DNA of 64,000 bases. Source: Ilumatobacteraceae bacterium (GTDB taxonomy: Bacteria; Actinomycetota; Acidimicrobiia; Acidimicrobiales; Ilumatobacteraceae). Each line of letters opens with the position of its first letter. The first letter of the stretch is position 1. Shown one piece after another: positions 37,882-47,730 of the stretch. The position numbers were made by a program, and so were the translations under genes. The stretch is from positions 3,723 through 67,722 of the forward strand of contig SHUW01000001.1 in assembly GCA_009694465.1 (NCBI GenBank). The letters run 5' to 3'. The notes beneath the pieces were generated by a model. That model was not told where the DNA came from. It saw nothing but the letters and a program-made list of their open reading frames with translations, and searched no databases.

Positions 37882-39363
37882 ATGTCCCAGCCCACGGCCA
37901 GTATTGACAAGACCTACAAACTGCTCATTGGGGGTCAATGGGTAGTCGGAGATGAAGGTACCTGTGCAGTGGTTAACCCAGCCACTGAAGAAATCGTGGG
38001 GTATGCCCCGGAAGCCTCAGTTGCTCAAGCCGAGGCCGCTGCCCAGGCGGCTCAAGATGCTTTCCCTGCATGGTGGCGCACCCCTCCCGCCGAGAGGGCG
38101 CGACTTTTGCAGGCTTTAGCCGACACCTTGCGCGAGCGACAAGGCGATTTAGTTCCGTTGATCATCAGTGAAACTGGGGCAACGGCAATGGTCGGATCGC
38201 GTATGCAAGTACCAGTCGCGATCGAACGCTGCGAGCGTTACGCGCGCAGTGCCACCCGCAGTTGGGATATTGCTCTACCTCCCTCAGTCATGCAGGCGAC
38301 CCCATTGGCAGCCGGTGGGTTGATCGGTGGAGTTGTCCATCGCCAACCAGTTGGCGTCGTGGCATGTATCTCGCCCTACAACTTTCCTCTCGTGAATATG
38401 GTCGGCAAAATTGCTCCAGCCTTAGCAGTGGGTTGCACCGTGGTCATGAAGCCAGCCCCACAGGATCCGCTGGCGATTATTGAACTCGCCGAAATCATGC
38501 ACGCAGTTGGCTTTCCCCCAGGTGTCGTCAATGTCATCACTTCATCAAAGCCAGCCCCCGCTGCAGCTTTGACAACGAGTCCCAACGTGGACATGGTCTC
38601 GTTCACTGGTTCAACTGGTGTCGGAGTACGGATCATGGAGGCGGGAGCTGCAACCATGAAGCGTCAGTTGCTAGAACTCGGCGGCAAAGGCGCCGGTCTC
38701 GTTTTGCATGACGCCGATATTGCCAAAGCAGTTGGGGCCATCCAAAGTGTTTGGTCATTTCATAGTGGACAAATTTGCACTGCACCGACGCGGGCAATTG
38801 TGCATCGCAGTCGTTATGACGAATTGGTTGCCGCTCTTGCGGCCATTGCCCCCAATTTGAAGGTCGGTGATCCAACTTTGATGGACACTTTAGTTGGCCC
38901 TGTTATCTCGGCTGCTCAGCGTGGGCGCATTGAAAGTTATATTCAAGCTGGCTCCGATGAGGGCGCAGAGATCATCGTTGATGGGCGTCGACCCTCGCAT
39001 ATGGAACGCGGCTTTTACGTTGCTCCGACACTGATTGCTGGCTGTCGCGCCGATATGTCGCCGGTACAAGAAGAAATTTTCGGACCAGTTGTTGTGGTTA
39101 TTCCTTTTGATGACGAAGACGAAGGTATCGCCATCGCCAACGGAACTGAATTCGGTTTATACGACTATGTCTTTTCACAGGACACAGATCGCGCCTACCG
39201 CATTGCCCGCCAACTTCGCAGTGGCAATGTCGGCATCAACTCCGCCCAGCGAAATCACGAAGCACCATTCGGTGGTTTCAAGATGAGCGGGGTAGGACGT
39301 GACGGCGGCGATTTCGGCATGTTGTGCTATACCGAAATGCAATCACTTATTTGGCCAGGGTGA
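37882..39363 (+). CDS. NAD(P)-dependent aldehyde dehydrogenase
   Basis: Start at the ATG at 37882, after GAGGAG. LELGGKGA and FHSGQICTAPTR (catalytic Cys) motifs, plus EEIFGPV. Confidence 0.9.
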   Translation: MSQPTASIDKTYKLLIGGQWVVGDEGTCAVVNPATEEIVGYAPEASVAQAEAAAQAAQDAFPAWWRTPPAERARLLQALADTLRERQGDLVPLIISETGATAMVGSRMQVPVAIERCERYARSATRSWDIALPPSVMQATPLAAGGLIGGVVHRQPVGVVACISPYNFPLVNMVGKIAPALAVGCTVVMKPAPQDPLAIIELAEIMHAVGFPPGVVNVITSSKPAPAAALTTSPNVDMVSFTGSTGVGVRIMEAGAATMKRQLLELGGKGAGLVLHDADIAKAVGAIQSVWSFHSGQICTAPTRAIVHRSRYDELVAALAAIAPNLKVGDPTLMDTLVGPVISAAQRGRIESYIQAGSDEGAEIIVDGRRPSHMERGFYVAPTLIAGCRADMSPVQEEIFGPVVVVIPFDDEDEGIAIANGTEFGLYDYVFSQDTDRAYRIARQLRSGNVGINSAQRNHEAPFGGFKMSGVGRDGGDFGMLCYTEMQSLIWPG

Positions 39364-39380
39364 GTCTCCGACAATAATTT

Positions 39381-40280
39381 TTATTGACACTTTGAGACAA
39401 CGTTGGTGGCGAAATCCTCAATATAGGGCTTGAAAGCACTCGCCATTTCTTCAAGACCCGCATGATCGCCAGCCGATGGGTTACCTAAGGCCCACGGCAT
39501 ACACAAAGTTCCAGTCATCCCCATCTCTTCTTCGGCACGTTTGTATAGATCGGCAGTCGGCATTGCGTACAGACCACAAATAATTTCGAAGTCGTCACTC
39601 TCGCGCCCATACTCCCGTAAATATCCTTTGAGTTTCTTGATATACATCTCAGCTTCTTCAACCGGATAAGCATTACCGATCCACCCGTCGCCAACTTTGG
39701 CGGCACGCTTCAAGGCTGCATCAGTATGACCGCCGATGTAGATCGGTACCCGAGAGGGTGGATGCGGTTCCATTGTCACTGGCGGAATGTCGTAGTACTC
39801 ACCATGAAACTCAACCCAACCACCCTGCCACATGGCGCGTAACGCTTCGACCATTTCGGTCAGACGCTTCCCGCGATTTGAAAAATCTTGACCCTGCAGA
39901 TCAAATTCTTCTTTCATCCAGCCTGCGCCAGCGCCAAGCGCAACGCGACCATCGGACAACACTGAGGCCGTGGCTATTTCTTTAGCCAACTGCAAAAGCG
40001 GACGGTGACCGGCCACATAAATATTGGTCGTGAAGTTCAATTGCTTGGTCACGCTGGTCATTGCGCCGATCAACACCCATGGATCGGGCCACGAGGTCTG
40101 TGGATCCCAGATCGGGCGACCATCAGGATGTGGCGAGTACGGATACTTTGACTTCAGTTCTTTGGGGTACACCAAATGGTCACTCACCATCAGACCGTGA
40201 TAACCAGCCTCATCAAGTAATTGTGCAATGTGCACGAGTTGCTTGGTCTTCATAAATGCTGTGGCGCACCAGAACTTCAT
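39381..40280 (-). CDS. LLM-class (luciferase-like) probable F420-dependent oxidoreductase
   Basis: Start at the ATG at 40280, after GGAGGG. The pattern MKFWCATAF...GLMVSDHLVYP...ALGAGAGWMKEEF resembles the Rv2161c-type LLM family. Confidence 0.8.
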   Translation of the reverse strand: MKFWCATAFMKTKQLVHIAQLLDEAGYHGLMVSDHLVYPKELKSKYPYSPHPDGRPIWDPQTSWPDPWVLIGAMTSVTKQLNFTTNIYVAGHRPLLQLAKEIATASVLSDGRVALGAGAGWMKEEFDLQGQDFSNRGKRLTEMVEALRAMWQGGWVEFHGEYYDIPPVTMEPHPPSRVPIYIGGHTDAALKRAAKVGDGWIGNAYPVEEAEMYIKKLKGYLREYGRESDDFEIICGLYAMPTADLYKRAEEEMGMTGTLCMPWALGNPSAGDHAGLEEMASAFKPYIEDFATNVVSKCQ

Positions 40281-40291
40281 AACTTCCCTCC

Positions 40292-40314
40292 GTTTCTGAC
40301 ACTCTGTCAGATGG
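40292..40314. promoter_or_regulatory. Candidate operator, copy 5 (GTTTCTGAC-ACTCT-GTCAGATGG)
   Basis: Sits in the 30-bp divergent gap and overlaps the ATG at 40311. TCTGACA-CTC-TGTCAGA is a perfect core. Confidence 0.6.
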
Positions 40315-41078
40315 TGAGTAATTCTGACGCAACGAGCGAACAAGTAATCCGTGTTGAGACGCGTTCAACCGCCTCTGGAAAAATTGCCATCATCACCCTC
40401 AATCGCCCCCACGCCCGCAACGCTCTCAACTCGGCATTGTCGACCGCTCTACCCGCGGCTCTGAGCGAATCAGATGCCGATCCCGCTGTGCAGGCAATCA
40501 TCCTGACGGGTTCTGACCCAGCCTTTTGTGCAGGATTCGACTTGCGTGATGTCGGCAGTGGTGAGAAAAAAGGCGAGAATATTCACCCTGGCTATTGGGG
40601 TGCACTACCGCCAACGCGAGTCCCTGTCATTGGGGCAATTAATGGAGCAGCGATTACAGGTGGTCTGGAAATTGCTTTGGCTTGCGACTTTTTGATTGCT
40701 AGTGAACTTGCTCGCTTCGCCGACACTCACGCCAAAGTTGGGATGTTGCCAGGCTGGGGACTAACTATCAAACTTCCTCAACTGATCGGAGTGGCGCGGG
40801 CCCGTCGTATGAGTCTGACTTCAGAAATCATTGATGCTCAGACTGCATACCAGTGGGGCTTAGTCACTGAGGTTGTCCCCCACGCTGAACTGTTATCTCG
40901 GGCGATGACTTTGGCCGAGCAGATCAGCGCCAACCATCAAGAGAGTGTGTACGCAATTCGCGCACTCTACGACGAGGTCTCTCAACTTGGTGATACCGAT
41001 GCCGCTTACGAGATTGAAAACAAACGCGCTCGGGCGTGGGCTAAACAACGTTCGCAGATTCTTCGGGGAAACACATAA
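40311..41078 (+). CDS. Enoyl-CoA hydratase/isomerase family protein
   Basis: ITLNRPHARNAL, GSDPAFCAGFDLRD and GAINGAAITGGLEIALACD. No SD precedes the ATG, so the transcript may be leaderless. Confidence 0.8.
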   Translation: MVSNSDATSEQVIRVETRSTASGKIAIITLNRPHARNALNSALSTALPAALSESDADPAVQAIILTGSDPAFCAGFDLRDVGSGEKKGENIHPGYWGALPPTRVPVIGAINGAAITGGLEIALACDFLIASELARFADTHAKVGMLPGWGLTIKLPQLIGVARARRMSLTSEIIDAQTAYQWGLVTEVVPHAELLSRAMTLAEQISANHQESVYAIRALYDEVSQLGDTDAAYEIENKRARAWAKQRSQILRGNT

Positions 41079-42106
41079 TGCGCGTCTGTGCCGGCCTTGA
41101 CCCACGACTTTCTCTGCGCGACATTGCCGCTCACGCGCAACGCATTGAAAGCCTGGGCTACGACGCTTTGCATATTGCCGAAACTGTGCACGATCCTTTT
41201 CTTGTCTCCATGGCGGCTCTACAGGCCACACAGACGTTGACCGTTCGCACCTCAGTAGCCCTTGCATTGGTGCGCAGTCCGATGGCAGTTGCCTACTCTG
41301 CTTGGGATCTTGCTGCCATGTCAGATGGGCGATTCCAATTGGGACTGGGAACACAAATCCGCCCGCATATTGAACGTCGTTTCGGTGCTCAATTCGACAA
41401 CCCTGTCCAACGTTTGAGTGATCACATCGGCGCTGTACAAGCATGCTGGCGAGCATTTGACGGCTTAGAAAAACTTGACTATCACAGCGAGCACTACACC
41501 CTCAATCTGCTCACTCCCAATTTCACCCCCGATCCATTGCCCGTAGGCGTGACTCGTCCAACAATCTGGATGGGGGGCGTCAACAAAAATATTGTGGAAC
41601 TCGCTGGACGTATCGCAAGTGGATTTGTCACTCACCCCACTAACAGCCATCCGCGTTATCTGAGCGAACTCTGTTGCCCAGGTTTAGAGGTTGGCGCTCA
41701 TCAGGTGGGCCGATCTGTTGACGATGTTGAATTGGTCGTAGGAACACAGTGGATCTTGGGTCGTACTCAAGATGACCTTGATGAACGACGCGAACACAAC
41801 CGTCGACTCTTGGCATTTTTATATTCAACACCTGCCTATGAACGAACTCTTGACCTGTTTGGCTGGACAGATTTAGCGACACAATTGCGCTCACTCATTC
41901 GCGACCAACGTTGGGACGATCTATCACAGATCATTAGTGATGAGATGCTTGACACTTTGGTGCCCCAAGCCACCTATGAACATTTAGCAGATGTGGCGAT
42001 GGAGTGGTTTGGTGAACTGGCTGACGGAATTTTGGTCGCCCCTCCACCCAATGCCGAAAACGACGATTTGTTACGTGGGGCTATTCAAGAATTACGCAAT
42101 CGTTGA
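41078..42106 (+). CDS. LLM-class probable F420-dependent oxidoreductase
   Basis: Luciferase-like TIM-barrel pattern (LGYDALHIAETVHDPF, GRFQLGLGTQ). Its start overlaps the upstream stop by 1 nt. Confidence 0.8.
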   Translation: MRVCAGLDPRLSLRDIAAHAQRIESLGYDALHIAETVHDPFLVSMAALQATQTLTVRTSVALALVRSPMAVAYSAWDLAAMSDGRFQLGLGTQIRPHIERRFGAQFDNPVQRLSDHIGAVQACWRAFDGLEKLDYHSEHYTLNLLTPNFTPDPLPVGVTRPTIWMGGVNKNIVELAGRIASGFVTHPTNSHPRYLSELCCPGLEVGAHQVGRSVDDVELVVGTQWILGRTQDDLDERREHNRRLLAFLYSTPAYERTLDLFGWTDLATQLRSLIRDQRWDDLSQIISDEMLDTLVPQATYEHLADVAMEWFGELADGILVAPPPNAENDDLLRGAIQELRNR

Positions 42107-42930
42107 ATCACATCACGGGAAACGACTTCTTGACCCGATAATTGACAGGCCGCATCATCGCCTGCGATGAGCCATGTCACAGCAGTCGCTACATCCTGCG
42201 GTCCTTCTCCGGTCACAATACGCTCCTCGCGTTGTGCCCGCATGTGCATGACTTCGGTTGTCACATGGCCAGGGTTCACACTGTAGGCACGCAATCCCTG
42301 CGCACCATGTTCGACATGCAAAACTCCAGCGATGCGGTGAGCTGCGCCCTTGGCCATAGCGTAAGCAATTCCCCATCCCCCTTGACCCGCAGGTTTTCTT
42401 GGTGCCAAAGTCGCAGCACCAGATGTCAGATGAATAAAAACTCCGCGGCCACTTGTGAGCATGCCTGGCAAAAATGCTTTCAACAAAATCAAAGGTGCGA
42501 CGGCATCGGACTCAATCACTTGTCGCAACAGATCCATCGGCACATCGGCAAAAAGATCATTGACCCCAGGCCCTTGATAAATAGCGTTGGAAATTAAAGT
42601 ATCAACGTATCCAAATTCTGCGAGAGCAATCTCAGCAGCCGTTGTGATGCTTTGCTCATCAGTCAAATCCAATGCCACGGCGATCGCCCGAACACCCAAA
42701 GAGCGACACTGAAGTGCCACCTCACTCACCGAGCCCGACAGTCCTTGACCAGCCAACGGATCATCCACCGTGGTCCCAGAAAATGTTGCACCACCATCCA
42801 GCGAGCGGGCCGTCAAAATGAGGTGATGACCTTGCTCGGCAAGGGCCATAGCAACGGCTTTGCCGATTCCACGACTCGCCCCAGTCACCATCACCACACG
42901 CTGCTTGGAGATCGCTTGTGCTTCAACCAT
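42085..42930 (-). CDS. SDR-family oxidoreductase
   Basis: Start at the ATG at 42930. VTGASRGIGKAVA, NAIY and YAMAK motifs. The 3' end overlaps the convergent LLM gene by 22 nt. Confidence 0.8.
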   Translation of the reverse strand: MVEAQAISKQRVVMVTGASRGIGKAVAMALAEQGHHLILTARSLDGGATFSGTTVDDPLAGQGLSGSVSEVALQCRSLGVRAIAVALDLTDEQSITTAAEIALAEFGYVDTLISNAIYQGPGVNDLFADVPMDLLRQVIESDAVAPLILLKAFLPGMLTSGRGVFIHLTSGAATLAPRKPAGQGGWGIAYAMAKGAAHRIAGVLHVEHGAQGLRAYSVNPGHVTTEVMHMRAQREERIVTGEGPQDVATAVTWLIAGDDAACQLSGQEVVSRDVIQRLRNS

Positions 42931-42953
42931 GTTCTGCACTGTACGGTGGCGCA

Positions 42954-43853
42954 ATGGGTGAATCGTTGATTCGTTTTGATGGTCAAGTAGCAATTGTGAC
43001 TGGTGCCGGTCGTGGTCTCGGTCGTGAGCATGCTCTTTTGCTCGCTTCACGGGGTGCCCAGGTCGTCGTCAACGATGTCTCAGCCGAGCACGCCGTGAAA
43101 ACTGCCGAGGACATTATGAATCAAGGTGGCCATGCCGTCGCCGACACCAACTCGGTATCTGACCCAGAAGCCGCTGCGGCCATCGTGATAAGAGCTTTGG
43201 AAACGTTTGGCGGATTGCACATCGTGATCAATAATGCTGGCAGGGGTGGCCCGACAGGCACCATCGAGGAAACAAGTGATGCCCAGGTAGCAACGATTAT
43301 TTCATCGCACCTCATCGGTTCCTACAATGTCACTCGGGCGGCATGGGGGCATTTACGGCAACAAAACTATGGGCGCATTTTGATGACGTCATCCAGCGCC
43401 GCAATTGGCTCGCTTGGTATGCCGGCATATTCGATGGCCAAGGCGGGCCTCATCGGTTTGGGACGTTCACTAGCCCTTGAGGGCGCCCCTGTGGGGATCA
43501 AGGTCAATATTTTGATGCCCATCGGTTACACCCGTTCGGCAGCTCTGAACCCCAACGAAGACACTCGGCAATGGATGGAGGAAAACTTTGCCCCACAGAT
43601 GTGCTCCCCCGCAGCAACTTGGCTGGTCCACGAAGATGTTGCTTGCTCAGGAGAGATTTTCACCACTGGGGCGGGTCGAGTTGCCCTGATTTCCACACTT
43701 GGAGTACCTGGATGGTCTGGCGGACCCGAGATTTCCTTGGAATCGCTCCGTGATCACTGGCCGAGCGTGATTGAACCAGACGGGTCAAGGCCGATGCTCT
43801 ACAGCAGGGACGATTTAGGGTTTTATTCGGGGCCAGCAACTTGGCGCGGTTAG
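42954..43853 (+). CDS. SDR-family oxidoreductase (MaoC-partner/HSD17B4-N-terminal-like)
   Basis: Start at the ATG at 42954. VTGAGRGLGREHA, NNAG and YSMAK motifs. Confidence 0.8.
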   Translation: MGESLIRFDGQVAIVTGAGRGLGREHALLLASRGAQVVVNDVSAEHAVKTAEDIMNQGGHAVADTNSVSDPEAAAAIVIRALETFGGLHIVINNAGRGGPTGTIEETSDAQVATIISSHLIGSYNVTRAAWGHLRQQNYGRILMTSSSAAIGSLGMPAYSMAKAGLIGLGRSLALEGAPVGIKVNILMPIGYTRSAALNPNEDTRQWMEENFAPQMCSPAATWLVHEDVACSGEIFTTGAGRVALISTLGVPGWSGGPEISLESLRDHWPSVIEPDGSRPMLYSRDDLGFYSGPATWRG

Positions 43854-43867
43854 GTGCTGAGCACCTA

Positions 43868-43890
43868 GTTTCTGACAGACTGTCAGAAAC
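43868..43890. promoter_or_regulatory. Candidate operator, copy 6 (GTTTCTGAC-AGACT-GTCAGAAAC)
   Basis: Perfect 11+1+11 palindrome, 49 nt upstream of the first gene of the igr-like operon. Confidence 0.7.
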
Positions 43891-43938
43891 CTTTGGCGAG
43901 CAAAATCGCCACTTCACACCATAGGGACCCATCCTTTT

Positions 43939-45150
43939 ATGCACATCGGCGACACACCAGAGGAAGCGCTGTACCGCCAAGAGGCCCGCTCTTGGCTAGA
44001 AGCCCATGCCGCTCCCCGCGATCCCAGTGGTGGAACCTCAGATCACTCCCATAATCTCGCCGATCACATCCAAGAGTGCAGGAATTGGCAGCGCGTTTTG
44101 TATGACCACGGCTGGTCAGGCATCACTTGGCCAGCGCAGTACGGAGGGAAAGGTGCGAGTGCCATTCAGGCTGCCATCTTTGCTGAGGAGCAAGCGCACT
44201 TTGATGTGGCAACAGGAGCCTTCGCTATCTCCATTGGCATGGTCGGCCCCACTCTCATTGCCCATGGCACACCTGAGCAACAGCAAAAACATTTGGCACC
44301 GATTCTCAAGGGTGAGGAAGTGTGGTGTCAGTTATTCAGTGAGCCTGGAGCAGGAAGCGATCTCGCCTCACTGGGAACACGTGCTGTGCGCGATGGTGAT
44401 GATTGGATCATTAACGGACAAAAGGTGTGGAACAGTTTTGCCCAATTCGCTGAATACGCGATCTTATTAGCGCGTACAGATGTGGATCTCCCGAAGCATG
44501 CCGGCATCACTTACTTCATTCTCGATATGAAATCACCGGGAATTGAAGTCCGTCCGATTACTCAGATCACTGGGGTGCAACACTTCAACGAAACTTTCTT
44601 CACAGATGTACGCATTCCCCACGCCAACATTATTGGCGAACTCAATGCTGGTTGGAAGGGCGCTCAAACGACTTTGATGAACGAACGCAATCACATCGGT
44701 TCAGGTGGAAATTGGTCTGTTGATCAGTTGATTGATCTAGCCCAGCGGCGAGGTCTGTCTAGTCACCCACATTTTCGCCAAGGTCTTGCTCTCGCGCACT
44801 CCCGAGCCGAAACATTGAAGTACATGGGTCTCCGAATGCGTACCGCTATGAGCCAAAAACGTATGCCCGGACCTGAGGCCCTGACTTTGAAATTGGCCTA
44901 CGCCAACCACTGGCGACTCACAGCAGACCTTGCATCAGAGATTCTCGGCGCGGACATCATGTTGTGGGGCGACGATGCTGCCGAGGACAATCAGTGGGGT
45001 CAACACCTACTCAGTCAATTCGCTATCAGAATCGGTGGCGGCACGGATGAAATTCAACGCAATATCATCGCCGAACGCGGTCTTGGTCTGCCACGCGAAC
45101 CGCAAAATGACAAAGATGTACCGTGGCGTTCATTGAGTAAAGTTGGATGA
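43939..45150 (+). CDS. Acyl-CoA dehydrogenase (FadE family)
   Basis: Three-domain ACAD pattern. The C-terminal GGGTDEIQRNIIAERGLGLP is typical of actinobacterial FadE proteins. Confidence 0.9.
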   Translation: MHIGDTPEEALYRQEARSWLEAHAAPRDPSGGTSDHSHNLADHIQECRNWQRVLYDHGWSGITWPAQYGGKGASAIQAAIFAEEQAHFDVATGAFAISIGMVGPTLIAHGTPEQQQKHLAPILKGEEVWCQLFSEPGAGSDLASLGTRAVRDGDDWIINGQKVWNSFAQFAEYAILLARTDVDLPKHAGITYFILDMKSPGIEVRPITQITGVQHFNETFFTDVRIPHANIIGELNAGWKGAQTTLMNERNHIGSGGNWSVDQLIDLAQRRGLSSHPHFRQGLALAHSRAETLKYMGLRMRTAMSQKRMPGPEALTLKLAYANHWRLTADLASEILGADIMLWGDDAAEDNQWGQHLLSQFAIRIGGGTDEIQRNIIAERGLGLPREPQNDKDVPWRSLSKVG

Positions 45151-46184
45151 GGGAGAGTCTGATGAGTACGACCGCCGCTGACATTATTGTTGATATCACT
45201 CCCCAGGAAAAAGAATCTTTTTATGCGCGGTTACAGGCGTTTGTAGGACTCGAAATTGGCGAACCTGTCGTCGCTCCCGACGAAGTCAACGCCGCCATGA
45301 TTCGCCATCTTGTCGAGACTGTCGGCGATGACAATCCGATATACACAAATACGGAACTTGCTGCAACAAGCATTCATGGTGGGATTGTGGCTCCACCAAC
45401 AATGTTGCAGGCGTGGGTGATGATGGGCTTCAAGGGAACCAAACTCACCGGAGAAAGCCCCTACGAGAAAATGAATCAACTGCTCTTTTCACGTGGATTC
45501 ACCAGTGTTTTAGGCACTAATAGCGAGCAGACCTATGAACGCTATCTACGCCTTGGTGATCGGCTCACCCTGCGCACAACCATCGACTCAATTAGCAACG
45601 AGAAATCTACGGGCCTCGGTACTGGTCATTTCGTTGGCACCCGACAGGATTATTACGACGCCGATAAGCAGTTGGTTGGCTCAATGTTGTTCCGTATTTT
45701 CCGCTTCAAACCTGCCGCCAAAGCCCCTGTCAGCAAACCTCGACCAGTGCGACCGCGCCCTGCTACAACTCACGACAACCAGTGGTGGTTTGATGCTCTC
45801 AATGAAGGGGTTTTGTACGCCCAAGGTTGCGGTCAATGCCAGCAGGTTCGCTTCCCCACTGGTCCGATGTGCCCGTCTTGCCACAGTCTGAAGTGGACCA
45901 AAGTTGACATGCCACTTTCAGGGTCGATCCATAGTTTCGTCGTCGCGCACTACCCACAAGTTCCAAGCTTTGATTACCCATTACCAATTTTGCTCGTTGA
46001 TCTTGATCCTGTAGATGCCCCTGGCGGCGACAAAATTCGCATGGTGATGAACTCCGCCGACACCGATCTTGAGTCTCTTGTTATCGGAGCGCGAGTACGG
46101 ATTGACATTCGATCAACGGATCCCGATATGAAACTCCCCTTTGCCATTGTTGAGACCCAGCCGAGTAACGGAGCAAGCGCATGA
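45147..46184 (+). CDS. MaoC-N-terminal-type hotdog domain fused to DUF35 (Zn-ribbon + OB fold); ChsH2-like hydratase subunit
   Basis: N-terminal FAS1/MaoC_N-like hotdog, a Pro/Lys linker, then CGQCQQVRFPTGPMCPSCHS followed by an OB-fold segment. ATGA overlaps on both sides. Confidence 0.75.
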   Translation: MRESLMSTTAADIIVDITPQEKESFYARLQAFVGLEIGEPVVAPDEVNAAMIRHLVETVGDDNPIYTNTELAATSIHGGIVAPPTMLQAWVMMGFKGTKLTGESPYEKMNQLLFSRGFTSVLGTNSEQTYERYLRLGDRLTLRTTIDSISNEKSTGLGTGHFVGTRQDYYDADKQLVGSMLFRIFRFKPAAKAPVSKPRPVRPRPATTHDNQWWFDALNEGVLYAQGCGQCQQVRFPTGPMCPSCHSLKWTKVDMPLSGSIHSFVVAHYPQVPSFDYPLPILLVDLDPVDAPGGDKIRMVMNSADTDLESLVIGARVRIDIRSTDPDMKLPFAIVETQPSNGASA

Positions 46185-47305
46185 ACTTTGATCTTTCCGA
46201 AGAACAACAAGTTATTAAAGATTTAGCCCTGCAAATTTTTGAGGGTCAGGCCACCGTCGAACGAATCAAGGCTGCAGAAAAAGGTGACGGCTTTGACCGT
46301 CAGATGTGGGAGCAGTTATCGGCTAGCGGTATCCCTGCGCTGTGTGTTCCTGAAGAACACGGTGGTAGCGGCATGGGTGCCGTCGAACTTTCATTGGCCC
46401 TCATGGGTCAGGGCCGCTATGTCGCTCCCGTTCCATTGTGGAGCACGGGAGTTGTGGCATTAGCGATCACCGATTTTGGTTCACCCGAACAACGAGAAAA
46501 GTATCTCCCTGCTATTGCCTCAGGCACACTCATCACCACGATCGCTCTCGCTGAATCTGGAGCCAATGATGTGATGCGACCCACAGTCACAGGCACCATC
46601 GCTGGCAATCACATTACTTTGCGCGGCTATAAGCCCGCCGTGCCATTCGCTCAGCACGCAGATATCGCATTAGTGCCCATCACGCTGTCCGATAGAAGTG
46701 GTGAACAACTTGCCATCGTTATTGTTGATCTCCGTCAACCAGGAGTGACAGTTACTTCCGTAAAAACCACAAATCACGAACCACAGGGAAACATTGACTT
46801 TGATCTCACCATCGCCACTGAGAACCTTCTCGGGTACGGAACAGACACTGATGGTCGCGAAGCTCTTCGTTCAGTTTTCGAACATTCACTGACCGCTCTT
46901 GCTGCTCTGCAAGTGGGCGTCTGCGAAGGTTCATTGGCCTTTGTTTCCACCCACCTATCTTCACGTTTCCAGTTCGGTAAACCGTTGGCAGCATTTCAGG
47001 CCACAACTCAACGGGCCGCAGATGCCTACATCACGACAGAGGCGATGCGTGTCACGGCACTCAATGCCGCATGGCGATTGTCAGAAGGCTTTGATGCTCG
47101 ACGCGACGTTGCTGTGGCTGCCTATTGGGCCAGTGAAGGCGCTCAACAAGTCGTGACCGCTGGACAACACCTGCATGGTGGCATCGGTGCAGATGTTGAT
47201 TATCCCGTACATCGTTATTTTCTCTGGGGCATCCAACTCGCCAGTGTTCTCGGATCGGCCAGTGCTCATCTCGCCCGCCTTGGCAACCTGATCGCGCGGA
47301 CCTGA
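46181..47305 (+). CDS. Acyl-CoA dehydrogenase family protein (possible second subunit of a heteromeric ACAD)
   Basis: ACAD N- and C-terminal domains with the C-terminal QHLHGGIGADVDYPVHRYF motif. Translationally coupled to its neighbours. Confidence 0.8.
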   Translation: MNFDLSEEQQVIKDLALQIFEGQATVERIKAAEKGDGFDRQMWEQLSASGIPALCVPEEHGGSGMGAVELSLALMGQGRYVAPVPLWSTGVVALAITDFGSPEQREKYLPAIASGTLITTIALAESGANDVMRPTVTGTIAGNHITLRGYKPAVPFAQHADIALVPITLSDRSGEQLAIVIVDLRQPGVTVTSVKTTNHEPQGNIDFDLTIATENLLGYGTDTDGREALRSVFEHSLTALAALQVGVCEGSLAFVSTHLSSRFQFGKPLAAFQATTQRAADAYITTEAMRVTALNAAWRLSEGFDARRDVAVAAYWASEGAQQVVTAGQHLHGGIGADVDYPVHRYFLWGIQLASVLGSASAHLARLGNLIART

Positions 47306-47307
47306 TA

Positions 47308-47730
47308 ATGACGAACCTGCCCGCAACAAAAGAATTTGTCGGCGTGCAGATCGCTGATGAGTTGCCCGAACTACAGATACCGCTGACGCGGACCTTAATT
47401 GTCTCTACCGCAATAGCCACTCGCGACTATCAAGTAGTGCATCATGATCCGACAGTGGCTGCTGAACGCGGGTCGCAAGACATCATCATGAATATCTTGA
47501 CTTCAAACGCTTTTGTTGGGCGCTTTGTCACTGATTGGGCCGGACCCAATTGCTTTATCCGTTCAGTCAAAGTTCGATTGGGGGCCCCCAATTACCCTGG
47601 CGACACGATGATCATTGGTGGCAGCGTGACGGAGAAAAATGAGCAAACAAAAACTGTCACTATCGCCGTCAAGGGTTCCAACTCAATGGGTGACCACATG
47701 AATGCGACCGTTGAGGTGGTGTTGCCGTGA
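47308..47730 (+). CDS. MaoC-like (R)-specific enoyl-CoA hydratase hotdog protein; ChsH1-like
   Basis: 140-aa single hotdog. The ATRDYQVVHHDP segment resembles the MaoC dehydratase active-site region. Confidence 0.75.
   Translation: MTNLPATKEFVGVQIADELPELQIPLTRTLIVSTAIATRDYQVVHHDPTVAAERGSQDIIMNILTSNAFVGRFVTDWAGPNCFIRSVKVRLGAPNYPGDTMIIGGSVTEKNEQTKTVTIAVKGSNSMGDHMNATVEVVLP

Noticed and set aside
42931-42953. GTTCTGCAC-TGTAC-GGTGGCGCA in the 23-bp gap between divergent SDR genes, which resembles an operator left arm.
   Set aside because: The right arm does not match and there is no dyad symmetry. It is probably a chance resemblance.
43853-43865. Palindrome GGTGCTGAGCACC right after the SDR stop, considered as a terminator.
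   Set aside because: The stem is at most 5 bp with a 3-nt loop and has no U-tract, which is too weak for an intrinsic terminator. It may simply be part of the promoter/operator region of the igr-like operon.
43868-43890. Whether the recurring palindrome is simply the known KstR/KstR2 operator of steroid regulons.
   Set aside because: The KstR (TnnAACnnGTTnnA) and KstR2 (AnCAAGnnCTTGnT) cores, as I remember them, have a different half-site sequence, spacing and arm orientation. I treat the motif as distinct and report it as a finding.
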